Shown piece by piece: positions 47,214-56,102 of a stretch of 64,000 nt of DNA (the stretch's first letter is position 1; each line of letters starts with the position of its first letter). Location of the stretch: the NCBI GenBank assembly GCA_041664225.1, contig JBAYLE010000002.1, forward strand, positions 3,541 to 67,540. The letters are read 5' to 3'. A program made the position numbers and the translations under genes. This DNA is from Parcubacteria group bacterium (GTDB lineage Bacteria > Patescibacteriota > Minisyncoccia > Moranbacterales > UBA2206). A model generated the notes under the pieces. That model did not search any database, was not told the DNA's origin, and worked only from the letters and a program-made list of their open reading frames with translations.

Positions 47214-48854
47214 ATGAAAAACAGAAAGTACATTTTTGTCGTTGGGGGAGTAATGAGCGGAGTCGGCAAGGGAATAACCACTTCATCAATCGGAGCGATT
47301 CTCAAAGCGCGCGGATTTAATGTCACTGCTTTGAAAATAGATCCGTATATCAACGTTGATGCCGGCACCATGAACCCCACGGAACATGGAGAAACTTTCG
47401 TGCTCGACTCGGGACTCGAAACTGATCAAGATATGGGGAATTACGAAAGATTTATGAATCTGACGCTTCCTCCCGAAAACTATATGACGACCGGAAGCGT
47501 CTATGAAACCGTAATCCACCGCGAAAGAAATCTGGAATACAACGGCAAATGCGTAGAGGTTGTGCCCCATATTCCGCTGGAGGTAATCCATCGCATCAAA
47601 AAAGCCTCCGAAAAAGCCAAGTCCGACATAACTATCATCGAAATTGGGGGAACAGTAGGCGAATATCAAAATATCCTTTTTCTGGAAGCCGCTCGTATGA
47701 TGAAAATAAAACATCCGGAAGACATCCTTTTTGTCATGGTCAGTTACTTGCCAATTCCTTCCAAGGTGGGCGAAATGAAAACCAAGCCGACCCAATACGC
47801 CGTGCGGACTCTGAATGGAGCCGGCATCCAGCCGGATGTGATCATTGCCAGGAGCGAAACTTTCTTGGATCAAAAGCGTAAGGAAAAAATTGCAATTTCC
47901 TGTAATGTTCCGGAGCGCTATGTAATTTCCGCTCCAGACATCGAAAGTATTTATGAAGTGCCGGTCAACTTTGAGCGCGATGACTTAAGCCGGTTGATTT
48001 TGAAAAAACTAGGATTAAAATACAAAAAAACCGACCTTAAAAACTGGTTTGATCTGGTTGAAAACATCAAGCATCCGGAAGGAAAAATAAAAATCGGCAT
48101 TGTCGGCAAATATTTCGGCACTGGAGATTTTGTTCTTTCTGATGCCTACATCAGCGTGATTGAGGCCATCAAACACGCCGCTTTCAAAAACAAGGTCAAA
48201 CCTCAGATTGACTGGATCAACAGTGAACTATTCGAAAAGGAACCGGAAAAACTGGAGGATCTAAAACAGTATAATGGCGTAGTTATCCCGGGCGGGTTTG
48301 GCTCCAGAGGAGTTGAAGGCAAAATAAAAGCTATTCAATTTTTACGCGAGAATAAAATTCCATATCTTGGCCTTTGTTACGGCATGCAGCTGGCGGTTAT
48401 CGAATTTGCGCGCAATGTGCTCGGGCTGAAAGATGCCAATACGACCGAAATTGACCGCGATACCAAAAATCCCGTCATCGACATCATGCCAGAGCAGAAG
48501 AAAAATTTGGAAGATAAAAATTTCGGCGCCACGATGCGCCTGGGGGCGTATCCAGCCAATGTTTCCAAAGGAACCCTAGCATACAAAGCCTATGGCAAAA
48601 CAAAAATTTCCGAACGGCACCGACACAGATGGGAAGTGAATCCTGAATATATTGATCGCCTCAAAAAAGCCGGTTTAGTTTTTTCCGCCAAGTCGCCCAA
48701 CAGCAAGCTGATGGAAATCGCGGAATTGCCGACTTCCGCGCACCCATTCTTTTTGGGTTCGCAGTTTCATCCGGAACTAAAATCCAAACCGCTCGATCCG
48801 CATCCGCTTTTTGTAGAATTCATCAAAGTAAGCGCTAAAAATACAAAGAAATAA
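47214..48854 (+). CDS. pyrG: CTP synthase
   Basis: KYIFVVGGVMSGVGKGI...DPYINVDAGTMNP is present. The C-terminal glutamine amidotransferase region GLCYGMQ carries the catalytic Cys. Confidence 0.95.
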   Translation: MKNRKYIFVVGGVMSGVGKGITTSSIGAILKARGFNVTALKIDPYINVDAGTMNPTEHGETFVLDSGLETDQDMGNYERFMNLTLPPENYMTTGSVYETVIHRERNLEYNGKCVEVVPHIPLEVIHRIKKASEKAKSDITIIEIGGTVGEYQNILFLEAARMMKIKHPEDILFVMVSYLPIPSKVGEMKTKPTQYAVRTLNGAGIQPDVIIARSETFLDQKRKEKIAISCNVPERYVISAPDIESIYEVPVNFERDDLSRLILKKLGLKYKKTDLKNWFDLVENIKHPEGKIKIGIVGKYFGTGDFVLSDAYISVIEAIKHAAFKNKVKPQIDWINSELFEKEPEKLEDLKQYNGVVIPGGFGSRGVEGKIKAIQFLRENKIPYLGLCYGMQLAVIEFARNVLGLKDANTTEIDRDTKNPVIDIMPEQKKNLEDKNFGATMRLGAYPANVSKGTLAYKAYGKTKISERHRHRWEVNPEYIDRLKKAGLVFSAKSPNSKLMEIAELPTSAHPFFLGSQFHPELKSKPLDPHPLFVEFIKVSAKNTKK

Positions 48855-48869
48855 TTCAAAACAAAACTT

Positions 48870-48892
48870 AAAAAGCCCATAAGGGCTTTTTA
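48870..48892. terminator. Bidirectional terminator between pyrG and rpmA
   Basis: AAAAGCCC-ATAA-GGGCTTTTT. Confidence 0.8.
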
Positions 48893-48914
48893 AGTTTATA
48901 GAAAACGGATCAAT

Positions 48915-49199
48915 TTATCTCTTAATCTCTTCCACTGAAACAAAACTCCTTTCTTGCAGTTTTCCGGTGAATAATCTAACCTTTTTGGCCACAAATTTTA
49001 CCAAGCCTTTTTTGAGCGCGAAAAGTGTATCATCTTCGCCTCTGCGGACGTTCTTCCCGACGCGGAATTTTGTGCCTCTTTGACGAACAATGATTTGGCC
49101 TGATTCGGCCCTCTGACCGCCAAAAATCTTTACGCCTAGTCTTTTAGAAATAGAATCCCTGCCTAGTTGGGTAGATCCGCCTGCTTTACGATGTGCCAT
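48915..49199 (-). CDS. rpmA: 50S ribosomal protein L27
   Basis: [29 protein letters not shown] matches the L27 N-terminus. No rplU is adjacent. Confidence 0.9.
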   Translation of the reverse strand: MAHRKAGGSTQLGRDSISKRLGVKIFGGQRAESGQIIVRQRGTKFRVGKNVRRGEDDTLFALKKGLVKFVAKKVRLFTGKLQERSFVSVEEIKR

Positions 49200-49307
49200 A
49201 TGTTTAAATGAGAAATTAAAAGCGCGTACCGCGCAAAATAACTTCTGAATTTACTTGTTTATTGCCTATAATGCATTATAAGCTTATTGTGATATAATGT
49301 CAATAAG

Positions 49308-49724
49308 ATGGAAAACAAGATAAAGGATTTTCTGAAGGCGAATGAGCCTAAAATCGCCCTATTTATCGGTTTCGTTTTAGTCGCCGGCATTTCTTTTGAA
49401 TTTGGGCTTATTCAAGGGAAAAAACAGCAGAATAAACCGCTTATTATTGAAAAGTCAATTCTGGGCCAAAATGTAGAATCACAGGTACCATCAGCAAGCC
49501 CCTCTCAAGCTCAAAATTTGGCCACAGAAGCAAAAATAACCCCTGACAGCACAAATACCCCGCCTCAATCTTGCACATTTGTGGGCAGTAAAAACTCCAA
49601 CAAATATCATCTGCCGACCTGTCATTTTGCCAAACTCATCAAACCTGAAAATCTCGTCTGTTTCAAATCGGCTGAAGACGCCCAGAGCAGGGGATACCAG
49701 CCAGACAAAAACTGTGTAAAATAA
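49308..49724 (+). CDS. Membrane-anchored protein with a C-terminal Ada-type zinc-binding-like domain
   Basis: It has an N-terminal TM helix. The C-terminus C-x12-YHLPTCHFAKLIKPENLVCFKSAEDAQSRGYQPDKNC matches the Ada_Zn_binding pattern (YHxxxC...N...F.S..EA...GYxPC..C). Confidence 0.5.
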   Translation: MENKIKDFLKANEPKIALFIGFVLVAGISFEFGLIQGKKQQNKPLIIEKSILGQNVESQVPSASPSQAQNLATEAKITPDSTNTPPQSCTFVGSKNSNKYHLPTCHFAKLIKPENLVCFKSAEDAQSRGYQPDKNCVK

Positions 49725-49739
49725 TTATTTTTAATACTT

Positions 49740-50435
49740 ATGCAAAATAAAAAAACCGTTATCATCTCCCTCGGGGGATCACTCATCGTACCGGACGAAA
49801 TCGATTGGAAGTTCGTCAAGGATTTCAAAAAGCTGATCGAAAAATACATCAAGAAAAAATGTAAATTTATTATCATTACCGGCGGAGGCAAGATCTGCCG
49901 AAAATACCAGGACGCCGCCTCAAAGATAACCCAGCTTACCGATGACGACCGCGACTGGTTGGGAATTCATACCACTCGACTGAACGCCCATTTCATCAGA
50001 ACGGTTTTTCGAAAATACGCCCATCCCCGCATAAACAAAAATCCGAACGACCTAGAAGACTTTTATAATTTCAAAGAATCTATCCTGGTTGCCGCCGGTT
50101 GGAAGCCCGGCTTTTCAACCGATTATGACGCAATACTTTTAGCCAAATATTTAGGCTTTACGACTGTCGTGAATTTTTCCAACATCGATTATGTTTATGA
50201 TAAAGATCCAAATAAATTTAAAAATGTTAAAAAAATAGAAAATATTTCCTGGAAAGACTACCGCAAGATGGTGGGGGATAAATGGGATCCGGGCATGAAC
50301 GCGCCCTTCGATCCAATCGCGTCCAAACTAGCGCAAGAAGAAAATATTGAAGTCGCCATTATGAACGGGATAAATTTGGAGAATCTGGAAAATTATCTGG
50401 AAGGCAGAAAATTCAAAGGCACGATTATCAAATAA
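49740..50435 (+). CDS. pyrH: Amino-acid-kinase-family protein, probable archaeal/CPR-type UMP kinase
   Basis: TVIISLGGSLIVPDE is the AAK fold N-motif. ...IIITGGG... is present. The length of 231 aa fits short UMP kinases. Confidence 0.65.
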   Translation: MQNKKTVIISLGGSLIVPDEIDWKFVKDFKKLIEKYIKKKCKFIIITGGGKICRKYQDAASKITQLTDDDRDWLGIHTTRLNAHFIRTVFRKYAHPRINKNPNDLEDFYNFKESILVAAGWKPGFSTDYDAILLAKYLGFTTVVNFSNIDYVYDKDPNKFKNVKKIENISWKDYRKMVGDKWDPGMNAPFDPIASKLAQEENIEVAIMNGINLENLENYLEGRKFKGTIIK

Positions 50436-50466
50436 CTTCTCTCGCGAATAATAAAAAGGCTCGGTT

Positions 50467-51528
50467 TTATTCCGAGCCTTGTGCCATTAGCGGTATTTTG
50501 ATGACAAACTGGGAGTGTCCATCCCATGTATATTCGTGCCAAACGTCTCCTCCGAGATTTTGGATCAGTTTTCTTATAAGGAAAAGACCCATGCCGCTTC
50601 CTTTCCCCGAGGTATAGCCTTGTTCAAATATCCTTTTTACAGTTTCTTCGGGAACAGGTGTCCCGCTGGTGTAAAAAATAATACGTACGTCGTTTTCATG
50701 TTTTTCTCGTCCAACTGCTATCGTGAAATTTTCCCCGCCATATCGCAAGCTATTTTCTGTAAAGTTACTTATAGCTGAAGAAATGACTGAAATTAAAACA
50801 TCGCTTGCCTCAATCTCAATTTCATCTTGAGGTATGCCACCTTGATCATTGTCTATACTGATGTTTTTTTCGATTAAATCATCGATGGATTCATCAAGAA
50901 CCGACTCAACCAAGTCAGCTAAATCAACAGTGATTGTTTTACTTGGCTTATCCCCAACTAAAACGCATCTCTTGACGATCTTTTCTACGCCCAAGATTTT
51001 CTTTTTGAGTTTTTGGAAGGCCAGTTCTGGGTTGGTATATCCCTTACCTTTTTTTGATGACAAGAGCCTGACAGTTAAACTCATGGCCATCGTTTTGTTT
51101 ATGAGGTCATGTTTTAACATTTTTGTAACTGCTATGTTGTGATTTTCAGCAATCTTTTGCGCGGTGACATCTCTTGAAACTCCGAAGATACCAATAACTT
51201 TCCCATTTTCATCTTGAATCAAATTTCTTGTGACAGATTTCCAATGCCTATTGCCATCAGCACGAGTTAACTCTTCAACTTCATCCTGAATAGGTACTCC
51301 AGTTTCAACGAGAACACTTTCGGATTCCCAAATCCGCTGGGCTTCATCATGGGGTAAAAAATCGAAATCAGTCTTCCCGACCATAGCTTCCGTGGTTGTG
51401 TTTGAGTTTTTGGCCTTTGCTTCGTTGACCCATAAAAAACGGCCAAATAAATCTTTGAGATACGCCGAATCAGGCAGGTATCTCATTGCAACAAAAAGCC
51501 ACGAATTAAGCTCTTTCTGCGTGATCAT
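50467..51528 (-). CDS. PAS-domain sensor histidine kinase (no adjacent response regulator)
   Basis: The start follows a strong SD (AAAGGAGGT). The ORF-track TTG start at 51594 lies in the promoter. The H-box is KHDLINKTMAMSL. The C-terminal HATPase_c region is GSGMGLFLIRKLIQNLGGDV. Confidence 0.75.
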   Translation of the reverse strand: MITQKELNSWLFVAMRYLPDSAYLKDLFGRFLWVNEAKAKNSNTTTEAMVGKTDFDFLPHDEAQRIWESESVLVETGVPIQDEVEELTRADGNRHWKSVTRNLIQDENGKVIGIFGVSRDVTAQKIAENHNIAVTKMLKHDLINKTMAMSLTVRLLSSKKGKGYTNPELAFQKLKKKILGVEKIVKRCVLVGDKPSKTITVDLADLVESVLDESIDDLIEKNISIDNDQGGIPQDEIEIEASDVLISVISSAISNFTENSLRYGGENFTIAVGREKHENDVRIIFYTSGTPVPEETVKRIFEQGYTSGKGSGMGLFLIRKLIQNLGGDVWHEYTWDGHSQFVIKIPLMAQGSE

Positions 51529-51610
51529 GATACCTCCTTTGATTCGGATTTTTTCAGTTTCGTTGTTTGTAAATGAGCTGCATTTATCTCTCAATCATAA
51601 CTGACCATAA

Positions 51611-51639
51611 ACTATACCAGTATTTTTTATTTTTGTAAA
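51611..51639 (-). promoter_or_regulatory. Consensus-like sigma70 promoter of the histidine-kinase gene
   Basis: Minus strand: TTTACA, a 17-nt spacer, then TATAGT. Confidence 0.55.
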
Positions 51640-51738
51640 CCCCCACACCGAAAAGCAACGTGAAAGCACTCTCTAGCCACTAAATTAATTTCAGAAGCCC
51701 AGGACTACTTTTGTACATAGGATATTTGGTGTGGGGGT
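51639..51738. other. Long-range perfect 11-bp inverted repeat (ACCCCCACACC / GGTGTGGGGGT) enclosing 78 nt; candidate small structured RNA or regulatory element
   Basis: The arms are at 51639-51649 and 51728-51738. It contains an internal GTG-AAAG-CAC hairpin and abuts the -35 of the HK promoter. Confidence 0.35.
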
Positions 51739-51770
51739 AAAGGGGTCCGCTAATACTACAAGCAGAGTAT

Positions 51771-51800
51771 CAAAAAAAAGCCCCTTGAGGCTTGTTTCTT
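51771..51800. terminator. Weak bidirectional terminator after the DUF2062-like gene
   Basis: A8-AAGCC-ccttga-GGCTT-gTTTCTTATTTTTTT. Confidence 0.45.
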
Positions 51801-52257
51801 ATTTTTTTCCGGAAAACTCAATTTTGTGATGCGTGAGCAAATATAACAATAAGATATAAGTTCCGGCGGCGATTGTACCCGCCACAATTATAAATCCAAC
51901 AACCAGCGGCAAGGCTACATCCAACAAAATAGCTTTGCTCAAAAAAAATTTAAATCCTAAATGATAAGTACGATCAAAGTCAGCAATTAAAGTATTTCCG
52001 TTGGTGCCGAATATAAAACCGCCAACCGCCGCAGAAAATGGCAACAGAGCAAGAGTGGCCCACATATTTGCAGCTAAAACTCCGGCTGTAGCAGCTAATC
52101 TATTCAAGCAGAACAAGGAAGCCAGCACCAGCGTTGTCAGTAAGCCTTCTCCAGGCACGATACCCAAAAAAACACCTAGTGCCGCCCCTCCGGCAATTTT
52201 GTGCGGAGTATCGTTCATCAGGAAAAACTGGCGAAAGAAAATTTTGATCTTTTCCAT
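51799..52257 (-). CDS. DUF2062-family small membrane protein
   Basis: The Gly/Ala-rich TM hairpins AGGAALGVFLGIVPGEGLLTTLVLASLF are typical of DUF2062. Confidence 0.55.
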   Translation of the reverse strand: MEKIKIFFRQFFLMNDTPHKIAGGAALGVFLGIVPGEGLLTTLVLASLFCLNRLAATAGVLAANMWATLALLPFSAAVGGFIFGTNGNTLIADFDRTYHLGFKFFLSKAILLDVALPLVVGFIIVAGTIAAGTYILLLYLLTHHKIEFSGKK

Positions 52258-53399
52258 TATTTTTTCTTGACTATAAGACTTTTGGTTTCTTTGTCGACTA
52301 CTTTGGCCTTTTCGGCATCTTTCCGTGCTTGAAGTGGCAAGACACCCAAAATATTTCTGAGAGCGATGCCATCAACTTTTAAAACATCCTCCCATTTGTC
52401 CAACGGCTCTAGGATCGAACGTAGTTTTTCTTCGTCGTATTTATATGTCTTGCGTAACGACCTTGCAATCACGCCTTGTTCACCGAAAACCCGTTCCACG
52501 CCCTCCTGATCCATATATTGCAAGATTGATTCCTGCAGTTTCGCCAATCGATCCTTGGTGATTGACACGGCTGATTTCAGTTCGATATATTCCATGATTG
52601 CTTGATTGACTTCTTCCGTATCAATTTTCCGCAAATCCTTAAATTTATGTTTCCACATCGGGCACAAATTCTGATAGCCGCACCAATCGCAAAGAGGCGA
52701 CATGGCCGGTTCAAATTTTCCCGACTCAATCAGTTTGATCGTATCCAAAAACAGTTGCTCGCTTTTTTGCAGCTGCTCCAAAGTTCTGGTCGAAGACAGT
52801 TTCACTCCATGCTTGAGATAATACAAACTAACTTTTATCTTATCCAGATTCTCAATTTCTTTCGGATAACGGGAAAGAAAGGCTTTAAGATAAACCGAAA
52901 GCTGAAGATCGTTGTCCACTTTTTCCTGAGTCGGCATCTTTTTCGTCGTCTTGTAATCGATAATTTCATAGCCATCTTCCGTTTTATCAATGCGATCAAT
53001 GATGCCAGAAACAATATGTTTCTCCTCTGTGCCACCAATTTCAATCTGAAAGCGGGACTCCAAATCGATGATATTGAAATCTTGCGGACGATTTTTTTGG
53101 TAATAATTCTGGATAATCCTGATGCCTTGCGAAAAAGCGGCCCGTTCTTCATCCGGTCCGTCAAAGACGGCCGGATTCCAGGAATTTCCAAAATGCTCCA
53201 TTGCCTGATCCAAGGTGGGGGAGAGAATGCCTGGCGTGTGGATAAATTTCATGGTTTCGTGGATCGTCGAACCAAAAACCGCCTCCTTGGATTTGGGAGT
53301 CTTGATTCTGTCGATTTCCTGGAATTTATATTTCAACGGACAGCTTTGGTAGGTGTCCATCGAAGAATATGAGATACGCATACAGTTATTATACAGCAA
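52257..53399 (-). CDS. PD-(D/E)XK superfamily nuclease (Cas4/RecB-like, probable Fe-S)
   Basis: The N-terminal ISYSSMDTYQSCPLKYKF fits the family. The core is IIDYKT. The C-terminal Cys cluster is CDWCGYQNLC. Confidence 0.65.
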   Translation of the reverse strand: MLYNNCMRISYSSMDTYQSCPLKYKFQEIDRIKTPKSKEAVFGSTIHETMKFIHTPGILSPTLDQAMEHFGNSWNPAVFDGPDEERAAFSQGIRIIQNYYQKNRPQDFNIIDLESRFQIEIGGTEEKHIVSGIIDRIDKTEDGYEIIDYKTTKKMPTQEKVDNDLQLSVYLKAFLSRYPKEIENLDKIKVSLYYLKHGVKLSSTRTLEQLQKSEQLFLDTIKLIESGKFEPAMSPLCDWCGYQNLCPMWKHKFKDLRKIDTEEVNQAIMEYIELKSAVSITKDRLAKLQESILQYMDQEGVERVFGEQGVIARSLRKTYKYDEEKLRSILEPLDKWEDVLKVDGIALRNILGVLPLQARKDAEKAKVVDKETKSLIVKKK

Positions 53400-53464
53400 T
53401 TTGACAGGATATAAAAACTTGCTATAATCGCATTACATACTAATTTGGTAGGCTTTAATTATTT

Positions 53465-53851
53465 ATGAAGTTTTCTACTAAAGCTGAATACGGGTTGAAG
53501 GCTATAGTCAACTTGGCTGGCGTTTTTCCTATGCAAAAAAATTTGAAATCCATCGCCAAAGAAGAAGGGATTTCATTAAAATACCTGGAACAAATGATCG
53601 CTAATTTGAGAAGACATGGTCTAGTCACAAGCTCAAAAGGAAAAAGCGGGGGATATACGCTATCGAAAAATCCAAAAAATATACGCGTAAGTGAAATAAT
53701 CGAAGTTTTGGAGGGCTCCATCGCGCCCATGAAGTGTTTCGACAAAATATGCGCGCTCAAAAAAAAGTGCCCATCAAGTATTGTTTGGGATAAGGTTGGT
53801 ATACAAATAAAAAAAACATTGTATGATATAAAATTAAGCGAATTAATTTAA
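53465..53851 (+). CDS. iscR: Rrf2-family transcriptional regulator (IscR-like)
   Basis: The wHTH is AEYGLKAIVNLA...SIAKEEGISLKYLEQMIANLRRHGLV. There are three Cys (C-x7-C-x5-C) for the cluster. It lies upstream of iscS and iscU. Confidence 0.85.
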   Translation: MKFSTKAEYGLKAIVNLAGVFPMQKNLKSIAKEEGISLKYLEQMIANLRRHGLVTSSKGKSGGYTLSKNPKNIRVSEIIEVLEGSIAPMKCFDKICALKKKCPSSIVWDKVGIQIKKTLYDIKLSELI

Positions 53852-53857
53852 AAAGTC

Positions 53858-55132
53858 ATGGCAAAAAATAAAAAAATATATTTGGATCATGCCGCGACCA
53901 CTCCGGTTGACCAGGCAGTTTTGAAAGAAATGCTCCCATATTTTTCCGAAAAATATGGCAATGCGATGTCTGTGCATTCTTTCGGCCAAGAAGCACTAAA
54001 AGCGGTAGACACAGCTCGAACTCAAGTCGCTCAATTTTTTGGCGCAAAGCCAAGTGAAATAATTTTTACCAGCGGAGCCACTGAATCAAACAATTTATCC
54101 ATTAATGGTGTTTTAAAATCATATTATTCAAAATTTCACCCTGTTAAATCCGCTAAGGACGGTGTGAAGCAATTTAATGGGGTAAAAATAAAACCACATA
54201 TTATCACTACCGCGTTTGAACATCATTGTGTTTTGGACGCGTGTAGGGCTTCAGAAAGAGATGGCTTGGCCGAAGTTACTTTTTTAAAACCAGACAGGGA
54301 CGGTTTGATAAGCGTGAAAGAAGTTGAAAAATCAATTAAATCAAATACGATCTTGATTTCCATCATGTACGTGAACAATGAAATTGGAACCATACAACCC
54401 ATTGAAAAGATAGGCAAGATGATCAAAAAGAAAAATGCTGAGCGCAATGATTTTTCTTCTTTCCCTATCATATTTCACACTGATGCGACACAGGCTATTA
54501 ATTATTTCGATTGCAATATTGGCAAATTAAATGTCGACCTGTTATCGATGTCAGCGCATAAGATATATGGACCCAAAGGAATCGGCGTCCTTTTCATAAA
54601 AAATGGCACACCGATAAAAAAAATCCAGGACGGGGGAGATCAGGAATATAAAATGAGAGCCGGTACACATAACGTCCCCGGCATCGTCGGATTGGGTAAA
54701 GCAATAGAGGAAGTCAAAAGTCAAAAGTCAAAAGTCGAAAACATTGTCTCGCTTCGCGACTATTTAATTAAAAGAGTTTTAAAAGAAATTCCCAAAACTA
54801 TTCTAAACGGATCAAAACACAAACGTTCTCCGAATAACGCTAACTTTAGTTTCGCGGACGTGGAGGGGGAGGGCTTGCTGCTTTCTCTGGATATGGAAGG
54901 AATAGCCTGTTCAACCGGATCAGCTTGCTCTTCGGGCGCCCTTTCACCGTCGCACGTTTTGCTCGCAATCGGCCTAAAACCTGAACAGGCGCATGGATCG
55001 CTCCGAATCACCCTCGGTAAGCATACGACCAAACAAGAGATTGACGTGGCTATAAGCAAGATAAAATCAGTGGTTGAAAGACTCCGAAAAATTTCTGGTA
55101 ATGTCCTCAAAGATTTTTATACTAAAAAATAA
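53858..55132 (+). CDS. iscS: Cysteine desulfurase (IscS/NifS class)
   Basis: The PLP-Lys region is SMSAHKIYGPKGIG. The catalytic Cys loop is STGSACSSG. It contains an in-frame (AAAAGTC)n repeat at 54711-54736. Confidence 0.95.
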   Translation: MAKNKKIYLDHAATTPVDQAVLKEMLPYFSEKYGNAMSVHSFGQEALKAVDTARTQVAQFFGAKPSEIIFTSGATESNNLSINGVLKSYYSKFHPVKSAKDGVKQFNGVKIKPHIITTAFEHHCVLDACRASERDGLAEVTFLKPDRDGLISVKEVEKSIKSNTILISIMYVNNEIGTIQPIEKIGKMIKKKNAERNDFSSFPIIFHTDATQAINYFDCNIGKLNVDLLSMSAHKIYGPKGIGVLFIKNGTPIKKIQDGGDQEYKMRAGTHNVPGIVGLGKAIEEVKSQKSKVENIVSLRDYLIKRVLKEIPKTILNGSKHKRSPNNANFSFADVEGEGLLLSLDMEGIACSTGSACSSGALSPSHVLLAIGLKPEQAHGSLRITLGKHTTKQEIDVAISKIKSVVERLRKISGNVLKDFYTKK

Positions 55133-55144
55133 GCTCAAACTATT

Positions 55145-55537
55145 ATGCAATACTCAAAAAAAGTAATTGAACATTTCACGCGCCCGCATAATCAAGGCGT
55201 CATAAAAAATCCTTCCGGTACCGGAATAGTTGGCAATCCGGTCTGTGGTGATCTGATGAAAATATACATCAAAGTGAATAAAAATAAACAGGGGGAAGAG
55301 TTTATCAAGGATATAAAATTTGAAACATTGGGATGCGCCTCCGCAATTGCCACTTCTTCCATGATCACCGAGCTGGCTAAAGGTAATAGCCTGAAGGAAG
55401 CGATGAAAATTACCCGCAATGATGTGGCTGATGCGCTAGAAGGATTGCCGGCAATCAAGATACATTGTTCGAATTTGGCGGATGACGGATTGCACGAAGC
55501 AATCAAGGATTATTTCAATAAGCAGAAGAAAAAATAA
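55145..55537 (+). CDS. iscU: Fe-S cluster assembly scaffold IscU/NifU
   Basis: The three conserved Cys are in GNPVCGD, LGCASA and IHCSNLA. Confidence 0.9.
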   Translation: MQYSKKVIEHFTRPHNQGVIKNPSGTGIVGNPVCGDLMKIYIKVNKNKQGEEFIKDIKFETLGCASAIATSSMITELAKGNSLKEAMKITRNDVADALEGLPAIKIHCSNLADDGLHEAIKDYFNKQKKK

Positions 55538-55542
55538 TTTCA

Positions 55543-56102
55543 TGGCATATAGAAATACACCTATTTTGAATTTTCCAATTGGAAATTTTAAAAAAATTTC
55601 TCTAGATTTCAGGCGGCCCAGCGTGTATGACGAAAAATTTTGGGGCACACATTTGGGCGTGGATATAGATATCCCAGCAGATACGAAAGTTTTTTCTATC
55701 GGCCGAGGAGTGGTTGTTTATTCCAAGCTTCACGCCGGTGAATTTTCCCCCAACGGTAAAATCAACCAAAGAAATTGGGGCGGTATAATAGTCATCGCGC
55801 ATAAAAATCCAAACACTAAAAAAGTTTTTTATTCCCTGTATGGCCACCTGGGCAAACGCTATCTCAAAAAAGGGGATATGGTTGAAATGGGCGACCTGAT
55901 CGGATCTGTCGGCAGGGCGATGAGCGAGTCAAATGGAATCTGGGAAAATGAACATTTACATTTTGCAATTTATTTGGGAATATTCAAGGGACAGGTGCTG
56001 CCAGGCTATTACCGAGAAGATGAGCAACGAACCCGACTGGAGGATTGGGAAGAACCAATAACTTTTATAAATAACTATTCGATTAAGAAAGCGATCACTT
56101 AA
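55543..56102 (+). CDS. M23-family (LytM-like) metallopeptidase
   Basis: Start at MAYRNTPIL. The ORF-track 55482 start overlaps iscU. The M23 motifs are HLGVDIDIPADTKV and ...NEHLHFAI. Confidence 0.8.

Noticed and set aside
52602-53372. 256-aa plus-strand ORF opposite the PD-(D/E)XK nuclease gene
   Set aside because: It is an R/F/I-rich low-complexity shadow ORF. The nuclease frame carries the recognisable motifs.
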